Position numbers and translations under genes: made by a program. A DNA stretch of 64,000 nt, from the NCBI GenBank assembly GCA_041600575.1, contig JBFIJV010000001.1, positions 33 to 64,032 on the forward strand, written 5' to 3'. The notes under the pieces are model-generated. The model was given only the letters and a program-made list of their open reading frames with translations. It ran no database searches and was not told the origin of the DNA. Source of the DNA: Gammaproteobacteria bacterium. GTDB taxonomy: Bacteria > Pseudomonadota > Gammaproteobacteria > Eutrophobiales > Eutrophobiaceae. Shown here one piece after another: positions 17,617 to 26,922 of this stretch. Each line of letters begins with the position of its first letter. Positions within the stretch are counted from its first letter, which is position 1.

Positions 17617-20600
17617 GCCTAACAAATTGTTTAAAAAGTTTAGACATCAGCAAAGATACTGCTAAAGACGTAAAACGTATTGCACGTTCTTACCGAGAAG
17701 ATGACGGAATGAGTCCCAACGACGCAAGCCTTGCCGCAGCAAAAGACATTCTCTCCGATCTTATTGATTACAGAAATCAAATCTCAGAAGAAATTGAAAG
17801 CAAAGGGCATGAAGCCCCTCGTAGGTCAGAAGCAGCAGTCAAGGCAGACTTGACAGAAGGAGGCAGGACGGCTAAATTAAGCCGTAAGTGGCCTATTGAT
17901 CCCAGTGATGATATCCCTACCGCCTTGGTTAAAACGATTGGCGCGGATATGGATAACTTTGTAACAGAGCTGTCCGACAAGAAGTCGATGGCAGACATAG
18001 CGAACGACGTTGCTAAGCAAGTTAAGGTGCAGGAAGCTGCACCATTACCTAATCCAGACCAGACTCCTCAGACAGCGCAAGCAGCGTTTCTAGAAAAGAG
18101 GCGCAACAAGCCAGATATGCCTTATGAATACTGGCTGACAATGACGGATGAAAACGGCAAAGAGATTGTGGATGATTTGCATGTCCCGATGACGGCGACT
18201 GTTCTTGAGTTCAAGCGCGAAGGTGTTATTGAGATTGACATAAGCTCCTTTAAGAAAGGGAATGGCGGCAATGTCATATATCAAGTTGTTGCTAACTACG
18301 CGCTTAATAACGGTTTAAGATTTCAAGGTGATAGGCAGGGCTTGTCTCCGATAGCACGAATTAGACGTACTGAGCAGATGTTAGCGGCGGCAGCAAAAGC
18401 TGGAACAACTACCCATTTACTGCCGCACCATTGGCAGTATCAAGGCGAAACCGGAACTGAAAATGTTGAAGGTGTTGTTAGGCTAGACTGGAGAAGAGAC
18501 GAAGACAACCACAACTTAAAAGAAATGGTTAACTCGCTGACAGACACATGGCACAATTTAGTGCCTTCACTGAACGAGATGACCTACAATTTTGAAACGG
18601 AGAGGTTTGAGAATGAAGAAGGACAACTTATCGAAGACGGTGTATTCGAAGACGCAGCCGAGTCTGCACGAGCTAATGAACTCCAGAAAGAAGGAGGGGG
18701 AAGCCTTGGTTACACAGATGAACAAGGCATACCAGCAGGGAGCGGCTCGCTTAAAAGAGCTGTATATTTCAAAGCAGCCAGAGGTTTACAAGGACAAGCC
18801 GCTGAGCTACTTTCGGGGCAAGATGATAGGCTCGCCAAATATGTTCGGGGATTTAAAAAGAATACAAAAGACGGAAAAATAAGTTACTCCCGCAAAATCA
18901 CTCCTGAAAAAACAGAAGTCATACCTAACTTCTCTATTATCACTCCATCAATTGTCAGTCAGTCGTCACAAGACGTACAGCAGGTTGATGGTTGGTTGAA
19001 GTATCTGCAGAACAAAGGCGTTAAGAAGGAAGAAATGGAAGCGCTCGGACTGACTGCTGAGGAACTATCGTCACTTTCTTTGGAATTATTTAAAAACAAT
19101 AAAAAATACAAAAACCCAAAGCAACTATCTAAAGAAGATCTGCTTGAGTATATTGACAATCAGTCAAATCAACTCAAATTTATCGAGGAGTTTAGAGTTG
19201 GGAACAGATCTTCTTATTCCAATATGATTCTTCCAGAAGATTACGGTAAAAAAACCGGATATTTTGTCTCTGTGGTTGACTCACCTAAAGCGCCTTGGCA
19301 AAAATTGCCCACTTTTACAGAGCATTTTATTGGCGAAAACGATGATAGTTATAATAATTTTGCTCATTACAGAGCAACAATTAGGGAGGATGCTAACAGC
19401 AAGCGGTTTCTATTAATAGAGGAGCTGCAATCTGACGGACACCAACGCGCACGAAAGAACGGTTATGAGGATAGAGACCTCTCATCGGAAGATGCAGACC
19501 TCACCAGCAAAATGACAGCGGTTGGCGAAAACATACAAGACATTGATGTGTTTCTGGAAGACACGCACAACCAATTAGATTCGCTGATTGATAGCGCTAC
19601 GAATGATTTTGATTTTGAATTAAAAAAAATGTCCCTTAAGTTTGTTTCTGGATTAAAAAAGAATGATAGCTACAACGAAAAGGTTCAGAAAGTATTCAAA
19701 AACAGAAGCCTTCCGGACGACGAAGGGCTGTTTAATTTAATGAAGGAATATCTTGATACCTTAGATAAAGCGACTAAAAAAATTGATGAGGCGTTCAATA
19801 AGGCAGGTATAGACCTAAGAGTTGCAACTTCTAACAACAGCAGATCCATGACCCATAAACCAGAACTATTTGGTTTAATGCCTTTAGAAACAGAAGCCAT
19901 TTTAACCCAAGGCAGTATCTGGGATATAACGTCTCTCACCGAGATATCAAAAGCTATTTCTGGTGCTACTGAGAGCGCTAACTTAAATATGCGCAAAGTT
20001 CCGTATATGCCAATGAAGGTTGGTTGGGAAATGTTTTTGATAAAGAAGGCGATGGTATTTGCCAAGAAAAACGGATTAAAACAAATACGCTTCCCTGCTA
20101 CTTATGAGCAAGTTGATCTCATAGAAAAATGGGGGGGCACCGAACTCCCCGGAATGGAAACTATAGCCAAAAGATACACTGAAAAACTACCCCGACAAAT
20201 AAACAGTCTTATTAAAAAGTATGGAAGCAAGGTTGAAAAAACAGAATTCAAAGTAAAAGAAAAAGACAGTATATTGAAGAAACGTCAGGCTGAAGATATT
20301 ACCTTGATATATCAGAGCGCTGATCCTGTGATAATTAAAGTCCCAATAAGAGCAACAAGTATTATTCATTCAATCGAAGGTGACAGTTTAGTCCCTATGA
20401 CAGTGCAGGAGTATGACGAAACCGAAATTGGAGAAGAGGTTTATGTTGTTGGATATACAACCAAGGATTCTCAAACGAATGGCAGTACATCAAGAGCTAT
20501 AAAAAGGCACTTCTCTAACACCACTACATCAAACAATATACGAGATATTGTCGGTTACGATCTGTATGAGCAAAGCCTCTTCGCAGAAGATAGGAGTAGT

Positions 20601-23423
20601 GCAGAGAATTTAATGGTTCACCTTAAGCGTGACATGGAAGAAGAATATCAGCGGGCACTTGATTTAATAAATAATCCACCAAAGAAAACAGACGAACTAA
20701 ACTCATTCGAGATAACACCTGAGCTTGAAGAGTACATCGACAACATGACGATGTTCTCTCGTAAGATGAATGAAGGAACGTCTTATGACAGGAATAACCA
20801 AGTTGAGCCTGAAGTTTTCTACCACGACACAAGCCAGCCTACTGCATCAGAAAGCGCGTCAATAACTTCACGAGTAAAAGAGTTTATTGATGGCTTCCGC
20901 TACGAAATGCAGGATAAGCATATCTATTTGAAGCGTGCTCAAGAATTAGCTGGCGACGTATCTGAGTCAGAAGATGCTTATGGAGCAGAGTCACTCTGGC
21001 AGGGCAAAGCCGGTGAAGTTATTGGTCAGTTTGGTAAATCACAAGCCGAGCCAATCATGAAGAAGATCGGTGAGACTGGCATGGAACTAGAAGAGGTTGA
21101 GCGTTGGTTGCACGCACGCCACGCTGAAGAAGCTAACCGCTATCTTCGTGGTATAAACCCTAACCGTAACGATAACGATGCATTGTCAGGTATGACTGAC
21201 CAAGAAGCATTGCAAATACTGGCCACTAATCAAGGGAATGAGGCATTACAAGAAGTGGGCAGCATGATTGATAATTTAAACAACAGTCGTCTCGATATGA
21301 TGCTGGAATACGGACTGGTTGATGCAGATTCTGTTGCCGCATGGCGAGCGACTTATGAGCATTACGTTCCATTGCGACGCGAGGAGCAGGAAGATCTGAT
21401 CTCCGCACGTGCATCCGGTTTTAATATTCGTGGCAAAGAAAGTCGTGAGCGTTTAGGTTCCACGCTGCCTGTTACTAATATACTGGCACACACCTTTGCT
21501 CAGTACGAGAACAGCATTGTTCGTGGTGAAAAGAACATTGTTGGTCAGGCGCTGTTTAATTTTGCGCAGGCCAATAACTCTTCTGGCTGGTGGACTATCG
21601 ATGAATTGAAACAGGTCGGCAAAGTTAAAGACGGTGAGGTGCAGTGGTTTAATGATCCGCGTGAGACCGACGAAGAACTGAATGTTAAAATAAACGGCAC
21701 AACCCATCGTATTCGTTTTAACAGGAATAATAAGAGCGCTATTCGCATACTCAAGGCAATGAAAAATCTTGAGAGCAAGGAGATGAATCCATTCATCAAG
21801 ACGTTGCTGGGTATTAACAGGTTCCTGAGTAGCATTAATACATCTTTCTCACCTGAGTTTATTATCTCCAACTTTACGCGTGACTTGCAGACAGCCGGCT
21901 ACAATCTGGGCGACACTGAATTATCCAGTATGGAACTAAGTGTCATGAAAAATGTACCGGGCGCAATTAAAGGCTTGAAACAGAATATTCGTGGTGACAG
22001 GACTGATACCGCGTGGTCTCAGTGGGCAGAGCGATTCCGTTTGGCTGGAGGCAAGACCGGTTGGATAGACAATATGAACAATATTGAAGACCGTCACTCA
22101 AAATTAGAGAAGCAATTACAGCGAATCAGAAAAGGCAAAGCGCCTCGAAGTGTATTTATGTCTTTTATTCACATGGTTGAGGACTACAACTCTATTGCTG
22201 AGAACGCAGTGCGTCTCGCCGCATTTAAGACAGCCGTAGAAAACGGCGTATCAGAGCAAAAAGCAGCGATTTTAGCCAAGAATTTGACCGTAAACTTTAA
22301 TCGCAAGGGAATGTCAGGCTCGACAATGAACGCGCTGTATCTCTTCTATAATGCCTCTATTCAGGGTTCTACGCGTATGCTACAAGCAATGGTCAAATCA
22401 AAGAAAGGCCGTATGTTGGCAGCGGCCACGATAGGTCTCTCAGTGGGCTTGGATATTATGAACCGCGCTATGTCTGGAGACGACGATGATGGTGAAAACA
22501 TCTATGACCAGATACCGGATTACGTGAAAAGCCGTAACTGGATAATAATGGGTGAGAAAGAGCCGATAGTTAAGATCCCATTGCCTTGGGGTTACAACGT
22601 TCTTCATATCATAGGACAACAGATTGGCAAGGGATTCACAGGAAAGGACTTCAATGCGCTGGACTCCACCGGTGTTGTCATGAAAGGCATAATCGATTCG
22701 TTCAACCCGGTAGGTAGCGGCACGTTGTTACAAACCGTATCTCCGACAATTGGTGACCCTGCTGTGATGATAGCTGAAAACAAGAACTGGGCAGGTCAAC
22801 CACTTAAACCAGACCAATTGCCGTTCGGAGTTAATAAACCTGAGTACCAAATGCATTGGCGCAAACACAACGACACTATTATGAAAGACGTGTCGAAGTT
22901 CCTCAACGACTTGTCAGGTGGCGACAGTGTGCGGCCGGGCGCGATAAACATCTCGCCAGAATGGATCGAGGTCTTTAGTGACTTCGCAACAGGTTCTGCT
23001 GGCCGGGTAGTATCAAACACATTTTCAACAGCACGCAAAGCCGTTGCTGGTGAAGAGTTGCCTACTCAGGAAATCCCTTTTATACGCAAAGTGACCGGGT
23101 TTGATTCAGAGCGACAGTTACAGTCTCGCTACTACGAACGCGTTGAGGATATTCAATATCACCGTAAACAGCTTGATGCGGCCAAGGTTAGCAGGGATAA
23201 AGAGGTTTCTAAGCAGTTACTGTCAAATCCACGCACTCAATTACTTAAGCTGGAAAAAGACGTGTCAAAGGCGCTCAAGAAGCTAAGTCAAAACAAACGT
23301 AAGATTGAGCAGTCCAGCCTGTCAGATAAAGACAAAGAGAAGCGTGTCGAAAAAATCGACAGCATAATTCGAATGTACCAAGCGCGATTTAGCCGGCTGT
23401 ACTCTGAACGCGTCAAGTCTTAG
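17613..23423 (+). CDS. Giant protein (1936 aa) of unknown function. Likely a virion-associated or injected protein
   Basis: Uninterrupted 5.8-kb ORF at the distal end of the late operon. No Walker A and no T7/N4-type RNAP motifs found. Confidence 0.6.
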   Translation: MSLTNCLKSLDISKDTAKDVKRIARSYREDDGMSPNDASLAAAKDILSDLIDYRNQISEEIESKGHEAPRRSEAAVKADLTEGGRTAKLSRKWPIDPSDDIPTALVKTIGADMDNFVTELSDKKSMADIANDVAKQVKVQEAAPLPNPDQTPQTAQAAFLEKRRNKPDMPYEYWLTMTDENGKEIVDDLHVPMTATVLEFKREGVIEIDISSFKKGNGGNVIYQVVANYALNNGLRFQGDRQGLSPIARIRRTEQMLAAAAKAGTTTHLLPHHWQYQGETGTENVEGVVRLDWRRDEDNHNLKEMVNSLTDTWHNLVPSLNEMTYNFETERFENEEGQLIEDGVFEDAAESARANELQKEGGGSLGYTDEQGIPAGSGSLKRAVYFKAARGLQGQAAELLSGQDDRLAKYVRGFKKNTKDGKISYSRKITPEKTEVIPNFSIITPSIVSQSSQDVQQVDGWLKYLQNKGVKKEEMEALGLTAEELSSLSLELFKNNKKYKNPKQLSKEDLLEYIDNQSNQLKFIEEFRVGNRSSYSNMILPEDYGKKTGYFVSVVDSPKAPWQKLPTFTEHFIGENDDSYNNFAHYRATIREDANSKRFLLIEELQSDGHQRARKNGYEDRDLSSEDADLTSKMTAVGENIQDIDVFLEDTHNQLDSLIDSATNDFDFELKKMSLKFVSGLKKNDSYNEKVQKVFKNRSLPDDEGLFNLMKEYLDTLDKATKKIDEAFNKAGIDLRVATSNNSRSMTHKPELFGLMPLETEAILTQGSIWDITSLTEISKAISGATESANLNMRKVPYMPMKVGWEMFLIKKAMVFAKKNGLKQIRFPATYEQVDLIEKWGGTELPGMETIAKRYTEKLPRQINSLIKKYGSKVEKTEFKVKEKDSILKKRQAEDITLIYQSADPVIIKVPIRATSIIHSIEGDSLVPMTVQEYDETEIGEEVYVVGYTTKDSQTNGSTSRAIKRHFSNTTTSNNIRDIVGYDLYEQSLFAEDRSSAENLMVHLKRDMEEEYQRALDLINNPPKKTDELNSFEITPELEEYIDNMTMFSRKMNEGTSYDRNNQVEPEVFYHDTSQPTASESASITSRVKEFIDGFRYEMQDKHIYLKRAQELAGDVSESEDAYGAESLWQGKAGEVIGQFGKSQAEPIMKKIGETGMELEEVERWLHARHAEEANRYLRGINPNRNDNDALSGMTDQEALQILATNQGNEALQEVGSMIDNLNNSRLDMMLEYGLVDADSVAAWRATYEHYVPLRREEQEDLISARASGFNIRGKESRERLGSTLPVTNILAHTFAQYENSIVRGEKNIVGQALFNFAQANNSSGWWTIDELKQVGKVKDGEVQWFNDPRETDEELNVKINGTTHRIRFNRNNKSAIRILKAMKNLESKEMNPFIKTLLGINRFLSSINTSFSPEFIISNFTRDLQTAGYNLGDTELSSMELSVMKNVPGAIKGLKQNIRGDRTDTAWSQWAERFRLAGGKTGWIDNMNNIEDRHSKLEKQLQRIRKGKAPRSVFMSFIHMVEDYNSIAENAVRLAAFKTAVENGVSEQKAAILAKNLTVNFNRKGMSGSTMNALYLFYNASIQGSTRMLQAMVKSKKGRMLAAATIGLSVGLDIMNRAMSGDDDDGENIYDQIPDYVKSRNWIIMGEKEPIVKIPLPWGYNVLHIIGQQIGKGFTGKDFNALDSTGVVMKGIIDSFNPVGSGTLLQTVSPTIGDPAVMIAENKNWAGQPLKPDQLPFGVNKPEYQMHWRKHNDTIMKDVSKFLNDLSGGDSVRPGAINISPEWIEVFSDFATGSAGRVVSNTFSTARKAVAGEELPTQEIPFIRKVTGFDSERQLQSRYYERVEDIQYHRKQLDAAKVSRDKEVSKQLLSNPRTQLLKLEKDVSKALKKLSQNKRKIEQSSLSDKDKEKRVEKIDSIIRMYQARFSRLYSERVKS

Positions 23424-23760
23424 AGGTGAGCGTCTCGGCTACTGCGAAAGCTATTGAGGTTTCGAGTATCTGTTCTGAATTATTGATTGCAGCCACCTCG
23501 CTCATTATCTCAGCAGGGATAAGGTCAAGGTCAAGAGGCAATCCGTAGAAGGCGCAAAAACAAGCTGCACAGTAATTTTGCTTTTTTCTTAAAGACATGT
23601 TGTGAACAACAGACGGAATGACAGGGGTGAATCTATTGATAAATTGCGTGCTAAACCATTCAAAATAATATTTGTATTTAAGTGGAATACGCACGTCAGC
23701 GTAATCGCCAAAAGTGATTCCTTTTGTTATGTCACTAACATTCTTATCTGTATTAATCAT
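23413..23760 (-). CDS. Hypothetical protein (115 aa)
   Basis: ORF between the late operon end and attP. Confidence 0.35.
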   Translation of the reverse strand: MINTDKNVSDITKGITFGDYADVRIPLKYKYYFEWFSTQFINRFTPVIPSVVHNMSLRKKQNYCAACFCAFYGLPLDLDLIPAEIMSEVAAINNSEQILETSIAFAVAETLTSKT

Positions 23761-23801
23761 GGGAAAGCCGTAGCTAATTTATTGTTTTATATAGTAATCC
23801 A

Positions 23802-23851
23802 CAGCACTCATAACGCTGGGGTCGGTGGTTCAAGTCCACCCATAGCCACCA
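23802..23851 (+). tRNA. Partial tRNA from anticodon stem to CCA end (anticodon CAT, Met/Ile2-like). Putative attP core
   Basis: Anticodon loop ctCATaa, T-arm GGTGG-TTCAAGT-CCACC, then CATAGCC-A-CCA acceptor 3' strand. No 5' acceptor partner is found upstream. Lies 11 bp from the integrase stop. Confidence 0.55.
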
Positions 23852-23861
23852 ATACCAACCG

Positions 23862-24791
23862 TTACAGCGATAGTGGTCGCAAACTTACACTCTTCGCTGA
23901 GCCTAGCACAGCACGGCGGACTTTATCGACCTTACTTGGCGCATAAATCGCTTCTGTAGTAGACTTGTCTGCATGGCCGAGCTGGGATTGAGCTGTCTCC
24001 AAGTCATAGTCTTGGCGAAGCCTGTTACCGCATGTTCTGCGTAAATCATGCAAACGTAAGTCCGGGGAGCCAATGGTGTTTCGTAATGTTCGCCATTGGT
24101 TCCTCAACCACCAGTACGATACTGGTTTCCCGTCTTTACTGAACGCATAATCACTTAACGGTTGACGACGAATAATCTCCAGTGCCTGCGCACTGAGGTA
24201 ACGACACTCCCATCGACCCGACTTATTATCGTCCGGGGCGAGCATAGCTTCGTCACCATGAATATTGCATTGCTTCAACGTTAACGCTTCGCGTGCGCGA
24301 AACCCGGTCTCCAAATAGAACATCACCAAATCTTTCAACAGGCCGCTACTGTTTTCAAGCAGCAACACGTTCTCCTCTGGTGTCAATATCCTTCTGCGCG
24401 GCTGCTGCTGTTTGCGGTCTGCCTTTGAATATTGTCTATCGAAGAAAGGGTTTCGTAGTTCCCAGTCGAGTTCCTTATTGCAGTAACGAATCGCGGAAGA
24501 CGCAACTGTGATTTCACGCGCAATCGTCGCCGGCGCAATGCCTTTGGTTTTACGCCACTCACGGTATTGTCTTACATCCTCGCCCACAATCATCCCTCGT
24601 ATTTTCATTTCAGCCAACTTCTTGCTCTTAAAATAATCTTTTAATGGCAGTGAACACGTTCCGTCGCGCTGTTGCGAACTGAACTTATTCTCTTTATTGC
24701 CCTGTCGTAAGTACAACGTTATTACTTCACTGAATGTTTTCACCATAGCAATTTCTCCTACGCTACGGCTTCCCACATCAAATGTTTTCAT
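23862..24791 (-). CDS. int: Tyrosine integrase (P4-like)
   Basis: C-terminal 'HDLRRTCG' (HxxR) and 'AIYAPS' catalytic Tyr. 'FRAREAL' box Arg. Adjacent to the attP tRNA fragment. Confidence 0.85.
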   Translation of the reverse strand: MKTFDVGSRSVGEIAMVKTFSEVITLYLRQGNKENKFSSQQRDGTCSLPLKDYFKSKKLAEMKIRGMIVGEDVRQYREWRKTKGIAPATIAREITVASSAIRYCNKELDWELRNPFFDRQYSKADRKQQQPRRRILTPEENVLLLENSSGLLKDLVMFYLETGFRAREALTLKQCNIHGDEAMLAPDDNKSGRWECRYLSAQALEIIRRQPLSDYAFSKDGKPVSYWWLRNQWRTLRNTIGSPDLRLHDLRRTCGNRLRQDYDLETAQSQLGHADKSTTEAIYAPSKVDKVRRAVLGSAKSVSLRPLSL

Positions 24792-24912
24792 AATCTCTCC
24801 ATAATTTCAATTGTAATTTACCGAGAACGTCTATTCTGATAACACGACAACCTGTTGTGACGTGTTAACCAATTCTCTTTCCTGATCTTGCGTTTGCACA
24901 CTTTTAGCTTCC

Positions 24913-25335
24913 TCATTGATCGTGATAAATTCTTGCGTACTCTTGCCATTGAACCCAGCCTTCCTCAGTCCAAAAACCCCACTCTCTTATTTTTCTGCTT
25001 GTGAAGACAAGTGAGATACAGCCGCCTTCTTTAACCTCAACAATACGATGACTGTCTTCGGCTTTAATGATGTTGAGCCAACGTCTTCTTATGTAATAAC
25101 CACTTCTATTTTCAATGTAATTACCTTTTAAGATAAACGAGATGAAGCTGGCTGGATGGTCGTGACTGTGACGCTGTTTATCAGGGTGATAAAACATGTT
25201 GGCCATAATGGTAAACAACGGACAGTGAAAAAAATAAAGGCGACGCATATAAAGCACGCCATCAGTTTCTATATCTTTCCAGCGCCAGAAAGCAAACTTA
25301 CTGCCGTGAGTATATTCGCGTCTTTTTTTATTCAT
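24913..25335 (-). CDS. Hypothetical protein (140 aa) with an HxD...H pattern
   Basis: ORF upstream of int. Contains 'YHPDKQRHSHDHP'. Confidence 0.4.
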   Translation of the reverse strand: MNKKRREYTHGSKFAFWRWKDIETDGVLYMRRLYFFHCPLFTIMANMFYHPDKQRHSHDHPASFISFILKGNYIENRSGYYIRRRWLNIIKAEDSHRIVEVKEGGCISLVFTSRKIREWGFWTEEGWVQWQEYARIYHDQ

Positions 25336-25607
25336 GCATAACCTTCTTTACTGTTCGGTATAATTTTTAAATGTTGTGCTTTAAATAGTGGTTTTTGTAC
25401 CGTACTGAAAATATTCCATCACTCATACAACACCCATCCTGATAAACACTATTAATGTCAATACACTTATACATTAACCCCCTTTAATGCTTTTTTAATG
25501 GCAATAGTTGCCTCTACTAATGCCTCGATAGATTTCATTATCTGAGAAATTACAAAGATAAACACCTTCTTCATCAGTCAACCTATCGTTTACACTTATC
25601 CATTCGC

Positions 25608-25838
25608 TCATACATCACCCTCTTCAATCTCGGTTATTAATCTATTGCCTGCCCTTAGTGCAGCGCCAGATATGCGGTTTAATATTCCGCCAGTTCGTTC
25701 GTTAATACTTGTCAACGCGTCTTCGTACATAGTGGCTTTTCTTAAAACACGAAGATGCGCCTCCGATAGAGTTGTGTTCTGCTCTTTTAATATTCGCAGC
25801 TCTTCTTTGTAATCGACTTCAGTTTTAATTTTAGCCAT
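25608..25838 (-). CDS. Hypothetical coiled-coil protein (76 aa)
   Basis: ORF. Confidence 0.4.
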   Translation of the reverse strand: MAKIKTEVDYKEELRILKEQNTTLSEAHLRVLRKATMYEDALTSINERTGGILNRISGAALRAGNRLITEIEEGDV

Positions 25839-26242
25839 CTAGTTGTTCCTGTTATTCATGTTAGAGAGAAGCGCCCAGCCCAAGTAAGTTACACAGCAAA
25901 CATTAACAAAAGTTAATTTAAGGGCTGGGTGCTTCATTTATTAACCAACACGCTGTCAGGTATAACAACATGCTCATCATCAATCTTTATAACAATATCA
26001 ATATCCACCTGCGCCAGACCGTAAGCGATAGCCACCGACAGGACACACCTACCCATGAAGCTAGCTAACGCTTCCATGAGAAACTCCTCCACTTACCTCT
26101 GAGTTATCAACTGTAAACGCTTTAAGTTCTTTCACTTGAGCTAAAAAAGAAAGCAGCTCTGGTGAATACTCATCAAATCTTGACGTGTCGATAAAACGCG
26201 TCATTTCGTAGGCAAGACCCATGTAGTCGTTCTCACTAGCAC

Positions 26243-26554
26243 TCACCATAATGTCTTTCTCGCTATTTCACCCTTATCTTCCATAACAGGAATAACCATT
26301 GAGCCTTTCTTGTGTTCGCTGAGTGCTGACTTGTAATTGTCGTCGTTAGCATAAAACTCCAACGTGTCACGCAGCGCCATTATTTCCTTGTCTTTATCAA
26401 CAAGCTGTTCTCTGCAAACGTTGGTCAATGACTTGCGCAAGCAAATATTTTCTCGCTCCAAGTGTCGCGCAAAATCAGCGCTAACAACGGAGTTGTTTGG
26501 CCAGTTGTTTATTTCTGGATGACTTTCTTTGTCTGTCAATGGTGTATCGCTCAT
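26243..26554 (-). CDS. Hypothetical protein (103 aa)
   Basis: ORF. Confidence 0.4.
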   Translation of the reverse strand: MSDTPLTDKESHPEINNWPNNSVVSADFARHLERENICLRKSLTNVCREQLVDKDKEIMALRDTLEFYANDDNYKSALSEHKKGSMVIPVMEDKGEIARKTLW

Positions 26555-26754
26555 GAGTTAGTAAACCTCCGCTCTTTTTTTATTTTTTGACTCTCGACAT
26601 ACACCTTACTGCAGCCTTTGCATTTAGTGCCTTTGCCCATCACGCCACCACAGACCCACGCAAATTCATCGAGTGACTTCTCTATCTCGCACGTAATGCA
26701 AGTACGAAGACGTGACCTTAAATAATCCTTTTTAGCTGGTCTCTTGGCTCTCAT
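26551..26754 (-). CDS. Small zinc-ribbon protein (67 aa)
   Basis: CxxC...CxxC pattern. Overlaps the csrA-like stop in another frame. Confidence 0.4.
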   Translation of the reverse strand: MRAKRPAKKDYLRSRLRTCITCEIEKSLDEFAWVCGGVMGKGTKCKGCSKVYVESQKIKKERRFTNS

Positions 26755-26905
26755 TTCTTGCCTTTACCTCCTCTCGTAAAATGTTTACGTCTTTAGGTGC
26801 ATCAAAACCTAGCTTGACTTGATTCTTGTCAATTGAAATAACAGTAACTGTCATGTCGTCTCCGATATGAACTGACTTGCCTAACTTAACGCCTAGTAAC
26901 AACAT
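26732..26905 (-). CDS. csrA: CsrA/RsmA-family RNA-binding protein homologue (57 aa). Absent from the ORF track
   Basis: Translation is MLLLGVKLGKSVHIGDDMTVTVISIDKNQVKLGFDAPKDVNILREEVKARNESQETS. It aligns along its whole length with CsrA (ML.L....G....IGD.VTVTV......NQV.+G..APK.V...REE+). AGAGGAAG RBS 8 nt upstream. Starts 18 nt after the helicase stop. Confidence 0.7.
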   Translation of the reverse strand: MLLLGVKLGKSVHIGDDMTVTVISIDKNQVKLGFDAPKDVNILREEVKARNESQETS

Positions 26906-26922
26906 AATTATTCTTCCTCTTA

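Noticed and set aside
17613-23423. The giant ORF as an N4-like virion RNA polymerase, which would explain the hairpin elements
   Set aside because: No T7-type motifs were found on reading (DxxGR, Rx3Kx6-7YG, HDS). The phage is temperate (int, cI, cro), which does not match the N4 lifestyle.
23602-23946. Plus-strand 114-aa ORF spanning the attP tRNA fragment and the integrase 3' end
   Set aside because: It overlaps the tRNA-like attP and the int gene on the opposite strand. No RBS. Likely spurious.
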